From a virus, in UHGV virus genome UHGV-1352914: a stretch of DNA of 64,000 nucleotides. The stretch is one strand, 5' to 3'. Shown piece by piece: positions 28,720-37,505 of this stretch. The notes below the pieces were generated by a model, which was not told the DNA's origin, ran no database searches, and worked only from the letters and a program-made list of their open reading frames with translations. Both the position numbers and the translations under genes were made by a program. Within the stretch, counting starts at the first letter, position 1, and the number at the start of each line of letters is the position of its first letter.

Positions 28720-29172
28720 ATGAACACAAATCAATTGTATTTTGACGGGAGCCTTGGTCAGTTCATTCGCAAGGCTCGATATGAACAGGTAAGCGTAGAT
28801 GCCTCATTGGAAGTCCAGCATGGAATATCCTCACTTGTCCTCCAGTTTGGCGCAGGATTTAAGGGAGACCTCCGATTTAATATCTCCCATGCCTCTGCCC
28901 TTCTTGGCAACGTCTCCACGTCAAGCCCCTTTACATGGAAGTTTCAGTTAGCCCAGCTCAATGCCGGGGGAATACCTGTATGGAAGACGGTCGCGTCTGG
29001 CATGACGGCCCCGGAGAAACCCGGAGGCACTGCCGATACCGTTATCCTCCCCACCGACTTCTTTGAATTAGACCCTGCCGAATATCCTGCCGGGACCTAC
29101 TGGATGACTGTTGAGTTCTCTGATACAGTTGACTGGACCCGCACCTTCCCCCTCACACTTCAAATTATCTAG
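28720..29172 (+). CDS. hypothetical protein
   Basis: 150-aa ORF. Confidence 0.4.
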   Translation: MNTNQLYFDGSLGQFIRKARYEQVSVDASLEVQHGISSLVLQFGAGFKGDLRFNISHASALLGNVSTSSPFTWKFQLAQLNAGGIPVWKTVASGMTAPEKPGGTADTVILPTDFFELDPAEYPAGTYWMTVEFSDTVDWTRTFPLTLQII

Positions 29173-29174
29173 CC

Positions 29175-29549
29175 ATGAAATTGGATTTATCCCACATCCT
29201 GCAACTCTACCCCGTCCTGAAAATCCTTCATTACCAGACAAGGGAGGGATTCCACCATGAACGGTATGACGACGCAGTAGAAGAATTGGGCGGCATTGCC
29301 GACAGTTTCATTGAAACCTATCTCGGACTACATGGCCGCGACTGGACGGCGAAGCCCGTGTTGGTGCGCCCCGTAATGCCAGATACTACTGCCGCGTGCA
29401 TTGGCTTGTACGAAACCGTCATCCTGCGGGACCTCGTTCCCTACCTCTACACCGTTGCCGGGAATGAACCCACGCTAAGGAAACTGGCAGAAGACTTTGA
29501 GCAGAGTGCTCGAAAGATTTACGGACTACTGAACAATTACAGCAACTAG
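29175..29549 (+). CDS. hypothetical protein
   Basis: 124-aa ORF. Confidence 0.4.
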   Translation: MKLDLSHILQLYPVLKILHYQTREGFHHERYDDAVEELGGIADSFIETYLGLHGRDWTAKPVLVRPVMPDTTAACIGLYETVILRDLVPYLYTVAGNEPTLRKLAEDFEQSARKIYGLLNNYSN

Positions 29550-29554
29550 AACCC

Positions 29555-30064
29555 ATGCCCACAACAACTCGCGTCCGAGAATTTTTTCTTTGTTCCGACG
29601 GCCCGGAGAGCAACCCCGAAGTAATAGCCACGGTACTTCCTCGGCTTGACGGGGTTTGCTCCCGCGCCCGGTCCTTGACGTGGGGCGTTATTGCCTATTC
29701 CCTCTCTCACTTCAACCTGCCCTTCGGGGTTGCCTTGGAGAACATGAGGAACGGTTATTGTGCCCGCGTCGTAGGAACGCCCATTGGGGAGGAAACCGAG
29801 GATGGGGATGAAGTCGCCGACGTTACCCCTTGGTTCATCCTGCAATCCTTTAAGACGGAAAACAACGAATGGGACTACCGTTTCATGGCGTTGGAACCGA
29901 TAGAGGCAGGAGCCGCCATTGATATGAAGAGAGATTATCTACTTCCCGATGGGTGGTATAAAGTCGGAGAAGAGGTAACTCTTCGCAACGATTTCATCGT
30001 CTCCTTCTGTTGGGAGATTGCCATTCCTGGGGACCCCACGAAAACAGAAACCGCCTCCGTTTAA
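29555..30064 (+). CDS. hypothetical protein
   Basis: 169-aa ORF. Confidence 0.4.
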   Translation: MPTTTRVREFFLCSDGPESNPEVIATVLPRLDGVCSRARSLTWGVIAYSLSHFNLPFGVALENMRNGYCARVVGTPIGEETEDGDEVADVTPWFILQSFKTENNEWDYRFMALEPIEAGAAIDMKRDYLLPDGWYKVGEEVTLRNDFIVSFCWEIAIPGDPTKTETASV

Positions 30065-30085
30065 CCCAAACAATCCAAACCACTT

Positions 30086-30325
30086 ATGTATAAGCTAGTC
30101 GTAAGAGACTACATTGATGTAGGAATTATTCAGGTGAAGTATGAGGGAATCATCTTTGCGGAAGTCTTCTACCGCAATGATGAAGAAGATACCCAATACC
30201 TTACCAAGGACAGTGCTCTGAAAATGGCTAAAGAATTTGCTCGTAGCCTTTTTGCCTATGAGGCCTTCCCAACCACGAAGGGCATTAGCCTACTTCCTAA
30301 ACACATTGCAATCCACGAGGAATAA
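30086..30325 (+). CDS. small paralogue family member 1 (divergent)
   Basis: 79 aa; shares G-hydrophobic hairpin then helix (AxKLAxxxAR) then TxKG layout with next six ORFs. Confidence 0.5.
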   Translation: MYKLVVRDYIDVGIIQVKYEGIIFAEVFYRNDEEDTQYLTKDSALKMAKEFARSLFAYEAFPTTKGISLLPKHIAIHEE

Positions 30326-30328
30326 ACC

Positions 30329-30577
30329 ATGACTAACGAAATTAGCATTATTGAGAATAAGAGAGTGGGAATCCTCAAGGTGAAACACAAGGGTAATCTC
30401 ATTGCTAGCCTTAACTATTGTCGGGAAGGGCATGAAGATGAAAGATGTTATCCCACGCGCGAACAGGCCATAGAGTTGGCAAGGACAATTACCCGCCGTC
30501 TCGTCGCCTCGAATCCTGTTATGACAGACAGGGGCATTGACTTTTGCCCAAAGGACTGTATCTTCCAAGACGAATAA
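30329..30577 (+). CDS. small paralogue family member 2
   Basis: 82 aa; VGILKVKHKGNLIASLNYC...EQAIELARTITRRL...TDRGI. Confidence 0.5.
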   Translation: MTNEISIIENKRVGILKVKHKGNLIASLNYCREGHEDERCYPTREQAIELARTITRRLVASNPVMTDRGIDFCPKDCIFQDE

Positions 30578-30586
30578 ACCAAATCC

Positions 30587-30826
30587 ATGAACGACAAAGT
30601 AAGAATTTTCGAGGATGTAGTGGGTGGCAGATTCGAAGTAGTCCATGACGGAGCTGGTGTTGCCAGTTTCTACTACTGCACCAATGAGAACGAACAGTGC
30701 TACCTAAGCAGGAAAGCGGCAAAGAAACTGGCCACGAAAGTTGCCCGCTACATGGTTAGCAGGGGGACCTCCCCCACAACTAAGGGAATAGGACTAAACC
30801 AAATCTATTTTAACATCGATGTCTGA
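30587..30826 (+). CDS. small paralogue family member 3
   Basis: 79 aa; GGRFEVVHDGAGVASFYYCT...KAAKKLATKVARYM...TTKGI. Confidence 0.5.
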   Translation: MNDKVRIFEDVVGGRFEVVHDGAGVASFYYCTNENEQCYLSRKAAKKLATKVARYMVSRGTSPTTKGIGLNQIYFNIDV

Positions 30827-31067
30827 TACTCTAAATATTACCGTCGTAGATGACCCCATTATCGGATATTTCTGGGTCCTGCTTGAAAACCGTTGCGTTG
30901 CCACTTTTTACTATTGCACGAGAGGTGAGGAAGGACTTTTCACTAAGAAGCAAGCAAAGAAGCTGACCGAGAAGCTTGTCCGCAAAATTGAGAAGAGTAC
31001 GACTATCAAAACCAAAAAAGGATTTAAGCTCGTCAAACAGGAAAGGGACAACACCAATGAACAATAA
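30819..31067 (+). CDS. small paralogue family member 4
   Basis: 82 aa; IGYFWVLLENRCVATFYYCT...KKQAKKLTEKLVRKIEKST; overlaps member 3 by 8 nt. Confidence 0.5.
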   Translation: MSDTLNITVVDDPIIGYFWVLLENRCVATFYYCTRGEEGLFTKKQAKKLTEKLVRKIEKSTTIKTKKGFKLVKQERDNTNEQ

Positions 31068-31293
31068 TTCAGATACCTGTATTTGTGACGACACCTCTGC
31101 CGGATTTTTCCGTGTTATGCACGGAAAACGTTGTGTTGCCATTTTCAACTATTGCACGGAAAATGAGAGAGGCTTCTTCACCAAGAAGCAAGCCGAGAAA
31201 CTGGCAAACAAGCTCGCCCGTAAAATGGAGAAGAGCACGGTCGTAGAAACAATAACTGGCCTTGAGCTGAAAAGGAACAACATCAATGACTAA
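31057..31293 (+). CDS. small paralogue family member 5
   Basis: start moved to ATG 31057 (MNNNSDTCICDD); AGFFRVMHGKRCVAIFNYCT...KKQAEKLANKLARKMEKST; 11-nt overlap ATGAACAATAA. Confidence 0.5.
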   Translation: MNNNSDTCICDDTSAGFFRVMHGKRCVAIFNYCTENERGFFTKKQAEKLANKLARKMEKSTVVETITGLELKRNNIND

Positions 31294-31543
31294 CGAAAAA
31301 TATTTACTGGAAACCTTCTTAATGGAATATCCGCGAGCAGGAATCCTTGCGGTGATTCATCGAAACTACCGTATCGCCCTGTTCCCCTATTGCAAGAATG
31401 TGGACGAGAAGGGAGTTCCGACAAGAGACTGCGCCCTCAAAATGGCAATCGAACTTCGTGACAAGATTAAGAAGTTAACGACGGAAGAATCTGACACGGG
31501 AATTACCTTCGTCGAAAGGAACAACACCAATGACCAACGATAA
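31286..31543 (+). CDS. small paralogue family member 6
   Basis: 85 aa; AGILAVIHRNYRIALFPYC...DCALKMAIELRDKIKKLT; ATGACTAA overlap. Confidence 0.5.
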   Translation: MTNEKYLLETFLMEYPRAGILAVIHRNYRIALFPYCKNVDEKGVPTRDCALKMAIELRDKIKKLTTEESDTGITFVERNNTNDQR

Positions 31544-31766
31544 AGTCTTCGTCCGATACACGCGGGATGAGGCTATCATCCTCTTCAACTATCAGCCCGT
31601 TCTCCGCATACCTACCAAGTACCAGCTGGGCGACCAAGAGGTCGATATGTGTGAGGAATTAGTGGACTGGGCTAATCAAATCGTTGAGGACCTTAACGAG
31701 CATGTCATATTACCAGATATAAACAAAACCAAAAACGAAAATGAAAGTAGGACCCGGAAAAGTTAA
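31530..31766 (+). CDS. small paralogue family member 7 (divergent)
   Basis: 78 aa; same N-terminal MTNxK start and overlap pattern; acidic. Confidence 0.45.
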   Translation: MTNDKVFVRYTRDEAIILFNYQPVLRIPTKYQLGDQEVDMCEELVDWANQIVEDLNEHVILPDINKTKNENESRTRKS

Positions 31767-32187
31767 GACCAGATTTAAGTGCGGCGACGTTGTTCTTCGG
31801 ATAGATACGGGGAGATGTGGCATGTGTGGGGATAGCATCCCAACAGGGTCTATCCTTCGGGTAGTGTCCGACGAGGATGTTGCTGGTGTCGTTCGTGTCC
31901 AATATCCCCAAGCGGATGATGAAGACGAAGAGATACAGGATGTTATGTGGTACGAAATCGACCACTTACCCGCGAAAGCCAAGGTAGAAGAATTCTCGGA
32001 TGCCGTGAGGGTGTCCATGAATGGGGACGCTATTGCCACCATTCTCACGGACATTGCCACCCCATTGGGCACTCTTCACTTCGAAAGCTGGGCCAGAGAA
32101 ATTGCCCAGTCGATGGCGAACATTATTAACCTTCAAATCTCATTGGGGAAGCTAACCTCGGACGGAATCAAAGTAGAAAAAAACTAA
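31741..32187 (+). CDS. hypothetical protein
   Basis: 148-aa acidic ORF. Confidence 0.4.
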   Translation: MKVGPGKVKTRFKCGDVVLRIDTGRCGMCGDSIPTGSILRVVSDEDVAGVVRVQYPQADDEDEEIQDVMWYEIDHLPAKAKVEEFSDAVRVSMNGDAIATILTDIATPLGTLHFESWAREIAQSMANIINLQISLGKLTSDGIKVEKN

Positions 32188-32951
32188 TGACAAGCAAAAA
32201 CAAAATTAAGGAAATACAGAAGTGGGCGGGAACTACGCCCGACGGTATCCTTGGTGATAAGACCATTGATGCTATATGGAAGAAGATACAACCGGAACCC
32301 ACGGTTTCCGTGGGACCTATGGACGTCCCGGAAACCACGGGTTCCGTGGGTCCCGTGGAATCCCCGGCAGAGATTATCCGCAAAGGAATGGCCAAGAAGA
32401 TTCTCAACATGGAGGACTACAAGATTACAGGTCCCGATTCTCTGCGCGTAACTCGCCTCCCCTCTGGTGACGGCGGTGGCAAGTGGGAGATTGCAGGTAT
32501 CTGTGATGGGATTGAACCCAAGGAATTCAATCTAATCAAATCCATGATGGACCGGGGCGACAGGGATGCGGCATGGGAGGAATGCCTCCGCTATGTTCTC
32601 GCCAATACGGAACCGTTGGTTGCCAAGGGAGTTGCAGGATGCTACGCCATTGAGTTCATGCTTCGCGACATGACCTTCAACATGGGTGTGGCGGGAACGA
32701 CTAAGGTTGTCCAGCGCATGCTCGACATTGATATTGACGGCAAGTGGGGGAAAAATACCCAAGCCAAATGGACGGACGCCATTCAATCATGGGAGGAAAG
32801 CGAAGTCCTCGATATGCTGGACCGCGCTTGTCGTGCCCGCTATTGCTCCATTGTAAGAGCCAATCCGGTGAAGGCGAAGTTTCTCTCCGGCTGGTCCAAC
32901 CGATGCAATGCGCGACATGCTTACGCTCTTACTCTGTTGTCAAGGAAATAA
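32187..32951 (+). CDS. peptidoglycan-binding domain protein, putative endolysin
   Basis: 254 aa; N-terminal IQKWAGTTPDGILGDKTIDAIWKK matches PG_binding_1-type motif; followed by TM/coiled-coil gene. Confidence 0.5.
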   Translation: MTSKNKIKEIQKWAGTTPDGILGDKTIDAIWKKIQPEPTVSVGPMDVPETTGSVGPVESPAEIIRKGMAKKILNMEDYKITGPDSLRVTRLPSGDGGGKWEIAGICDGIEPKEFNLIKSMMDRGDRDAAWEECLRYVLANTEPLVAKGVAGCYAIEFMLRDMTFNMGVAGTTKVVQRMLDIDIDGKWGKNTQAKWTDAIQSWEESEVLDMLDRACRARYCSIVRANPVKAKFLSGWSNRCNARHAYALTLLSRK

Positions 32952-32964
32952 ACAGGGAATTTTC

Positions 32965-32993
32965 TTGACCCGTTAAACCCCAAATGATAACAT
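32965..32993 (+). promoter_or_regulatory. sigma70-type promoter TTGACC-N17-TAACAT plus leader hairpin
   Basis: hairpin GGCGGCA...TGCCGCC 32995-33018 ends at ATG 33019. Confidence 0.45.
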
Positions 32994-33018
32994 GGCGGCA
33001 AGGTAATTCCCTGCCGCC

Positions 33019-33441
33019 ATGTTTAGATTCGTCGCACAGCTAAACACCATTGACGGTAACGTATGGACTTTGTTTCTCACCCGTATCGTCGAGGAAATGT
33101 CTCCCGCATATCTCGTATTTGTGGGAGTTATTTACGTGGCAGTAAAGCTGGCGTATAAGTATCTCTCAAAAAAGATAGAGTTTAGTCTTGACAAGGAGAA
33201 GTCATTTCTCATACTATTGCAAGAGGCTCTAAGAGTTATATCCGAGTTGGATGAATCTCTAGACCAATTACATGGAAAAATAGACAACCTACGAAGCGAC
33301 CATGAAGAGATAATCGACCGCGCCTTCTGCGCTATCTCGCAACAAGATACACACCCCTCCGACAGAAATGAAAATATTCAATCTGTTCCGAAAAAGCCAC
33401 GAGCAGGAACAACTCGAAAACGAGTTGACCCAGAATCTTAA
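33019..33441 (+). CDS. N-terminal TM plus coiled-coil protein (i-spanin/holin-like, tentative)
   Basis: 140 aa; TM helix AYLVFVGVIYVAVKLAYKYL then heptad-like LLQEALRVISELDESLDQLHGKIDNL; own promoter 32965-32993 with leader hairpin. Confidence 0.4.
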   Translation: MFRFVAQLNTIDGNVWTLFLTRIVEEMSPAYLVFVGVIYVAVKLAYKYLSKKIEFSLDKEKSFLILLQEALRVISELDESLDQLHGKIDNLRSDHEEIIDRAFCAISQQDTHPSDRNENIQSVPKKPRAGTTRKRVDPES

Positions 33442-33880
33442 TCAATTACAGGAAAGCATCCGTGCGTGTACTGAAAAAATCCGCTCAAGGAATCGGTTCT
33501 ATGCCTCCCTTCCTCTTGGTCGCGAGGGTGAGCTGAAACTGCCCAGAAACCAATGGGCCTATTTTTTACGGGGGAAAGTAGGAATTCGTTATGACGGAGA
33601 AACCCTTACCTCTTCGGTCACACAGGTTAAAACTCGTGAAGAAGTTCAACTGCCAAGAATTATTGATGCGGAGAGAAGCCATAAATTACTTGTCATACAA
33701 GGATATGTTATTGACAGGCGAACGAACCGAACATATTATCGGGGCGAGACAGTAAGTTTTCCGCGGGGAGAACCAATGCAATTAACGTTGAACGGGCATA
33801 TTAGCATGATGTGGACACCCCCGCTCCCCGGTGCAATTATGCCGTTCTTTCAATCCAATATACATGGCTCTGATTCCTAA
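33368..33880 (+). CDS. hypothetical protein overlapping previous gene in another frame
   Basis: 170 aa; 74-nt overlap with 33019..33441; true start uncertain. Confidence 0.3.
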   Translation: MKIFNLFRKSHEQEQLENELTQNLNQLQESIRACTEKIRSRNRFYASLPLGREGELKLPRNQWAYFLRGKVGIRYDGETLTSSVTQVKTREEVQLPRIIDAERSHKLLVIQGYVIDRRTNRTYYRGETVSFPRGEPMQLTLNGHISMMWTPPLPGAIMPFFQSNIHGSDS

Positions 33881-36755
33881 TACCACGGCCTCCACTCCAC
33901 AGCCTCCGACAATACCCATTGGAACCACGGATTCCTCGTGGCGCAATGGGTTCAGTCCTGACAGGCCAATGGGTGAGCCGATAATTAACTTTCCCACTCC
34001 GGTGGTAAAAAACGTGATGTTCTTCGTTGAGAGGATTGCCAAGAATCCCAGCGAGATTACCACTGAATTGGGAACACCGTTCGTACCTACTGCGGGTACG
34101 ACCTTCCTCCCGTTCATGCGGGATGCAGTTCTCGTGCATGTCGAACCCGTCAATGAGGCGGCGAGACAGCACGTTTATCGTTTCTACTACATGGTCCCGC
34201 CGGAACAGCAGTTCCGATATAACATTCAGGACATGAAGAAAATCCGTGACGGCTATACCTTAAAGGACACCGTCGCTACGGGTAAGTTCATGGGGCCGGA
34301 TGCAGACACGGAAGAGTTGAAGGACTTCTACGAGATTACACGGGAATGGGTGGAACCCTTGGATTCCGCGTATGCCCCGCTTCCCCTTGGCTCGTTTGAC
34401 CCCAGCAACGAAAAGCTGGACCCTGACTTCTATGACCAGCACTTCTACACGGCCTACGATGCCCAGCTGGTATTTGAAGAAGTAGTCCAGTTTGAAGAAG
34501 AACACCTACGCAAGTATTTTCGTAAGGTGGTACGCGTGTACAAGACCCTGCCCGGCCCGGTGGTTAAAGAGTTCGTCCCTTATAACATTTGGCAGAAGGG
34601 AGATACGGTGTGGGATGAAGGTGGTCCGGGAACGAACCAGCCCGAATCTGAATGGGTGGCACAGACTGCAATTAAGTTATCGAGAGAGGTCTGGGCCGCG
34701 CCGCTTTGGCCCGTCGATGGTGGAGGGAAGGAACCGGGTCAGGCCCGCATTCCTCACATGCCCCTCCTTGAACTGGACAATAAGCCCGTTAGTGCTGGCT
34801 GGGACAAGGGCAGTTATCCGAGTACGCAGATGTACACCCTTGTATCTATGTACAAACGGAACAGTAACATTGCGGAGAAAGAGGAACAGAACAGCCTCTC
34901 CGGTAATTGTTGTAACCCGGATTCCCGTTTTGTCCGGTGCATCAATACAACCGTGACGACTAGCCAGTCCGTCGACTGGACAGCGAACGGCGATGTCCCT
35001 GCGATTGACCCTCCTGACCCCGGCGAGAACTGTAGCCAATGGCGTGTAGATTCCTCTGTGGTAGTACATGAAGGATATAGCCACAAGGAAACGCGAAAGA
35101 GTTGCACCACCTACGACCAGATTGATGAATTCTGGGAATCCTCATTCGATAGGATAACCAATCAGGTCTATCCTGTACTGCGGAAGATTGTACATAATCC
35201 GAGCACTGACTTCGACACCGATTGGCAGAAGGAAGGATTCACCAAATACACGGACGCAGTTGGCAATACCTACTATGGCCGGAAGTTGGAGAAGCCTGTT
35301 ACGCTGGTTCCCGTCACCGTCCCTGACATGAGGTGGACCACTATTGAAAATGTGGAATCTTGGGACCTGACGGTTCAAGAAGATTCCGTAACTCCTACCG
35401 AGATACTGGGCATTCCCTATTTGAACTACGGAATAAGTGACCCTAACTACCCAGAGTACCAAGGTTTTATGGGCGTTAGCGGGATTCTTAGTGCTCAACC
35501 CAACGGTTCTAACTCTGACAGGGGAGGAAACTTCGGCATCTATTTCCGTGATAAACGATTGTGGAACCTGTATATTCAGAACAGCTATCCTACAACTTAT
35601 TCGCCGGGGACCTTCTGGCTTGACTACGCATACTTCTCCGTCAATCCGCAAGGCCCGTGGTACACCGAAGACGGACAGGTTAAGATAGATATGGAGATGG
35701 TTATTCAGTCCACCCTGTATGCCAAAATTGTTACGAACGAAACTTGGACCTTCCCCGTAGGAAACGCCCAAGGGATTAGCTTCGTTCAACGAGATGCTTC
35801 GTATACTTCTGAAATGATGTTCTCCGTAGGGTCGCTTCCTTCCGGGATACAGGGGGCATATCTGGACATCCAATATGGGCGGCTTAACCTAGTAGTCATA
35901 GCTAATCCCAGAGGGTCTGCAATCAATGGCACTATTCCCATTCTGATTAACGGTGAGAAGGCGTTCGACATTGACGTAGAAACCGTGGACCTAGATACGC
36001 AAAAGGTTCTTACGGTTCAGAACACCACTGCCGCTAAGCAGGAATACCATGCTGGGGATTATGTTCTCAATGCGGAGGTAGTCAATAAACTGACGCTATC
36101 CTACAGTGGGCAAAAGTTTCCCTATTTCCAATTTAATCTTACCCTGTGCGCACTTACGGGGTCTACCTTTAAGAAGGTCGCGACAAGTGATAAGATTCAA
36201 CGCGTCGTCCTGCGCCAATGGGTGAACCCCTGTTACGCCGTAGATAGTTACATGCAGATTCCGGGAATCGGGTACTACAAAAAATATACCACGACGATGA
36301 ACTACAGTTTCCCTGCCGTGTTCGGTTCGGTTAGTTGGGTTCCGTGGGATACGAGGCCCGACCTCTCTGGCAGACAGGAAGGCAAGTACTTCCCGCAGAC
36401 CAAGATGATGCGGGACAGTTACTCCGGCCCCTGCACCGCCGTGGTAGAGGAAGCCTTCTCCCCCGATGGCACATGGCCTAAAGGCTGGGGCCTTGGGACG
36501 TCGGTACAGTTCACGACGAACAGCGGGTATTTCTCTTCGCCGCTTTGCGATTACCGTCTGCCCGCATGCCTCCACGGCCCGCTGACTATATCCGTAACCA
36601 TTGGCAGTCAGGACGCCAAGTGGCTTCCCGGCGGGTTTAATACAAACTTTCCGGGAACTACCCACACAGATTGGAAACCCGTGACCTCCTATTACGCATC
36701 CCCGTGGAACGGAGGCATGATGTGCAAGAAAGTAACCATTTATCCACCCAGTTAA
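33831..36755 (+). CDS. large structural protein (tail fibre/receptor-binding-like)
   Basis: 974 aa; aromatic/Asn/Thr-rich beta-type composition; start may be internal Met (MALIPNTT). Confidence 0.45.
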   Translation: MQLCRSFNPIYMALIPNTTASTPQPPTIPIGTTDSSWRNGFSPDRPMGEPIINFPTPVVKNVMFFVERIAKNPSEITTELGTPFVPTAGTTFLPFMRDAVLVHVEPVNEAARQHVYRFYYMVPPEQQFRYNIQDMKKIRDGYTLKDTVATGKFMGPDADTEELKDFYEITREWVEPLDSAYAPLPLGSFDPSNEKLDPDFYDQHFYTAYDAQLVFEEVVQFEEEHLRKYFRKVVRVYKTLPGPVVKEFVPYNIWQKGDTVWDEGGPGTNQPESEWVAQTAIKLSREVWAAPLWPVDGGGKEPGQARIPHMPLLELDNKPVSAGWDKGSYPSTQMYTLVSMYKRNSNIAEKEEQNSLSGNCCNPDSRFVRCINTTVTTSQSVDWTANGDVPAIDPPDPGENCSQWRVDSSVVVHEGYSHKETRKSCTTYDQIDEFWESSFDRITNQVYPVLRKIVHNPSTDFDTDWQKEGFTKYTDAVGNTYYGRKLEKPVTLVPVTVPDMRWTTIENVESWDLTVQEDSVTPTEILGIPYLNYGISDPNYPEYQGFMGVSGILSAQPNGSNSDRGGNFGIYFRDKRLWNLYIQNSYPTTYSPGTFWLDYAYFSVNPQGPWYTEDGQVKIDMEMVIQSTLYAKIVTNETWTFPVGNAQGISFVQRDASYTSEMMFSVGSLPSGIQGAYLDIQYGRLNLVVIANPRGSAINGTIPILINGEKAFDIDVETVDLDTQKVLTVQNTTAAKQEYHAGDYVLNAEVVNKLTLSYSGQKFPYFQFNLTLCALTGSTFKKVATSDKIQRVVLRQWVNPCYAVDSYMQIPGIGYYKKYTTTMNYSFPAVFGSVSWVPWDTRPDLSGRQEGKYFPQTKMMRDSYSGPCTAVVEEAFSPDGTWPKGWGLGTSVQFTTNSGYFSSPLCDYRLPACLHGPLTISVTIGSQDAKWLPGGFNTNFPGTTHTDWKPVTSYYASPWNGGMMCKKVTIYPPS

Positions 36756-36759
36756 TCTC

Positions 36760-37503
36760 ATGGCATTCATTACCAAATCCTATTTAACCTATCGCAATGT
36801 TTGTGACGAGCTTTGCATGCTCATTACAAACCAGCCGCCGTCCAAGTCCAACGTTGACTTCCGTCGCATATTGAAGGAAGCGCAGAACCTCCTGCTGAAT
36901 GAGGCCACGGTATCCCCGGATTCCGTGGAAACCTTGGACTTTGAAGGAATCCCTCACGGGGGTTCTATCTCCCTGCCCGAAGAATATGACAGTATCGTTG
37001 AGGCATGGTCGCCCAGCGGCAAGAAATACCACATCATTGACCGGGCCATGTTCGAAAGCAACACGTGGTTCCGTTCCGAATACCCGAAGCATGACAGTGG
37101 CTATCACGCCATCATGCTGGACATGGGACTGAACGAGCAGAACCTCCGCACCTATTCCGTCCTGTCTGGCAGTAGCGGCATCAACGACAACCCCGCGAGC
37201 AACGTCATGACGGTTTCGGCACGGTGCGCATTGCGCGGCCTATCCCTCAACATTTATGATGACGCGGCATGGGAAGACAAGGAGGTTCGTATCTACCCCG
37301 GATGTCTTCCCGCATTGAAGGCAATGATGCTGGCCGTGGTCTATAATGAGCAGGGCAACACTCAAATGGGGACGGACAGCTATGGTCTTGCCGTCAAATA
37401 CCTGAACGACCACCTGCGCAAATATCGTCAGGGTACGTATCAGGCTCCGAATATTATTCAGAACGGCGGCATCATGCAGTGCCCCGGACTTAACCTCATG
37501 TAA
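36760..37503 (+). CDS. hypothetical structural protein
   Basis: 247 aa, immediately after the 974-aa gene. Confidence 0.45.
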   Translation: MAFITKSYLTYRNVCDELCMLITNQPPSKSNVDFRRILKEAQNLLLNEATVSPDSVETLDFEGIPHGGSISLPEEYDSIVEAWSPSGKKYHIIDRAMFESNTWFRSEYPKHDSGYHAIMLDMGLNEQNLRTYSVLSGSSGINDNPASNVMTVSARCALRGLSLNIYDDAAWEDKEVRIYPGCLPALKAMMLAVVYNEQGNTQMGTDSYGLAVKYLNDHLRKYRQGTYQAPNIIQNGGIMQCPGLNLM

Positions 37504-37505
37504 TT

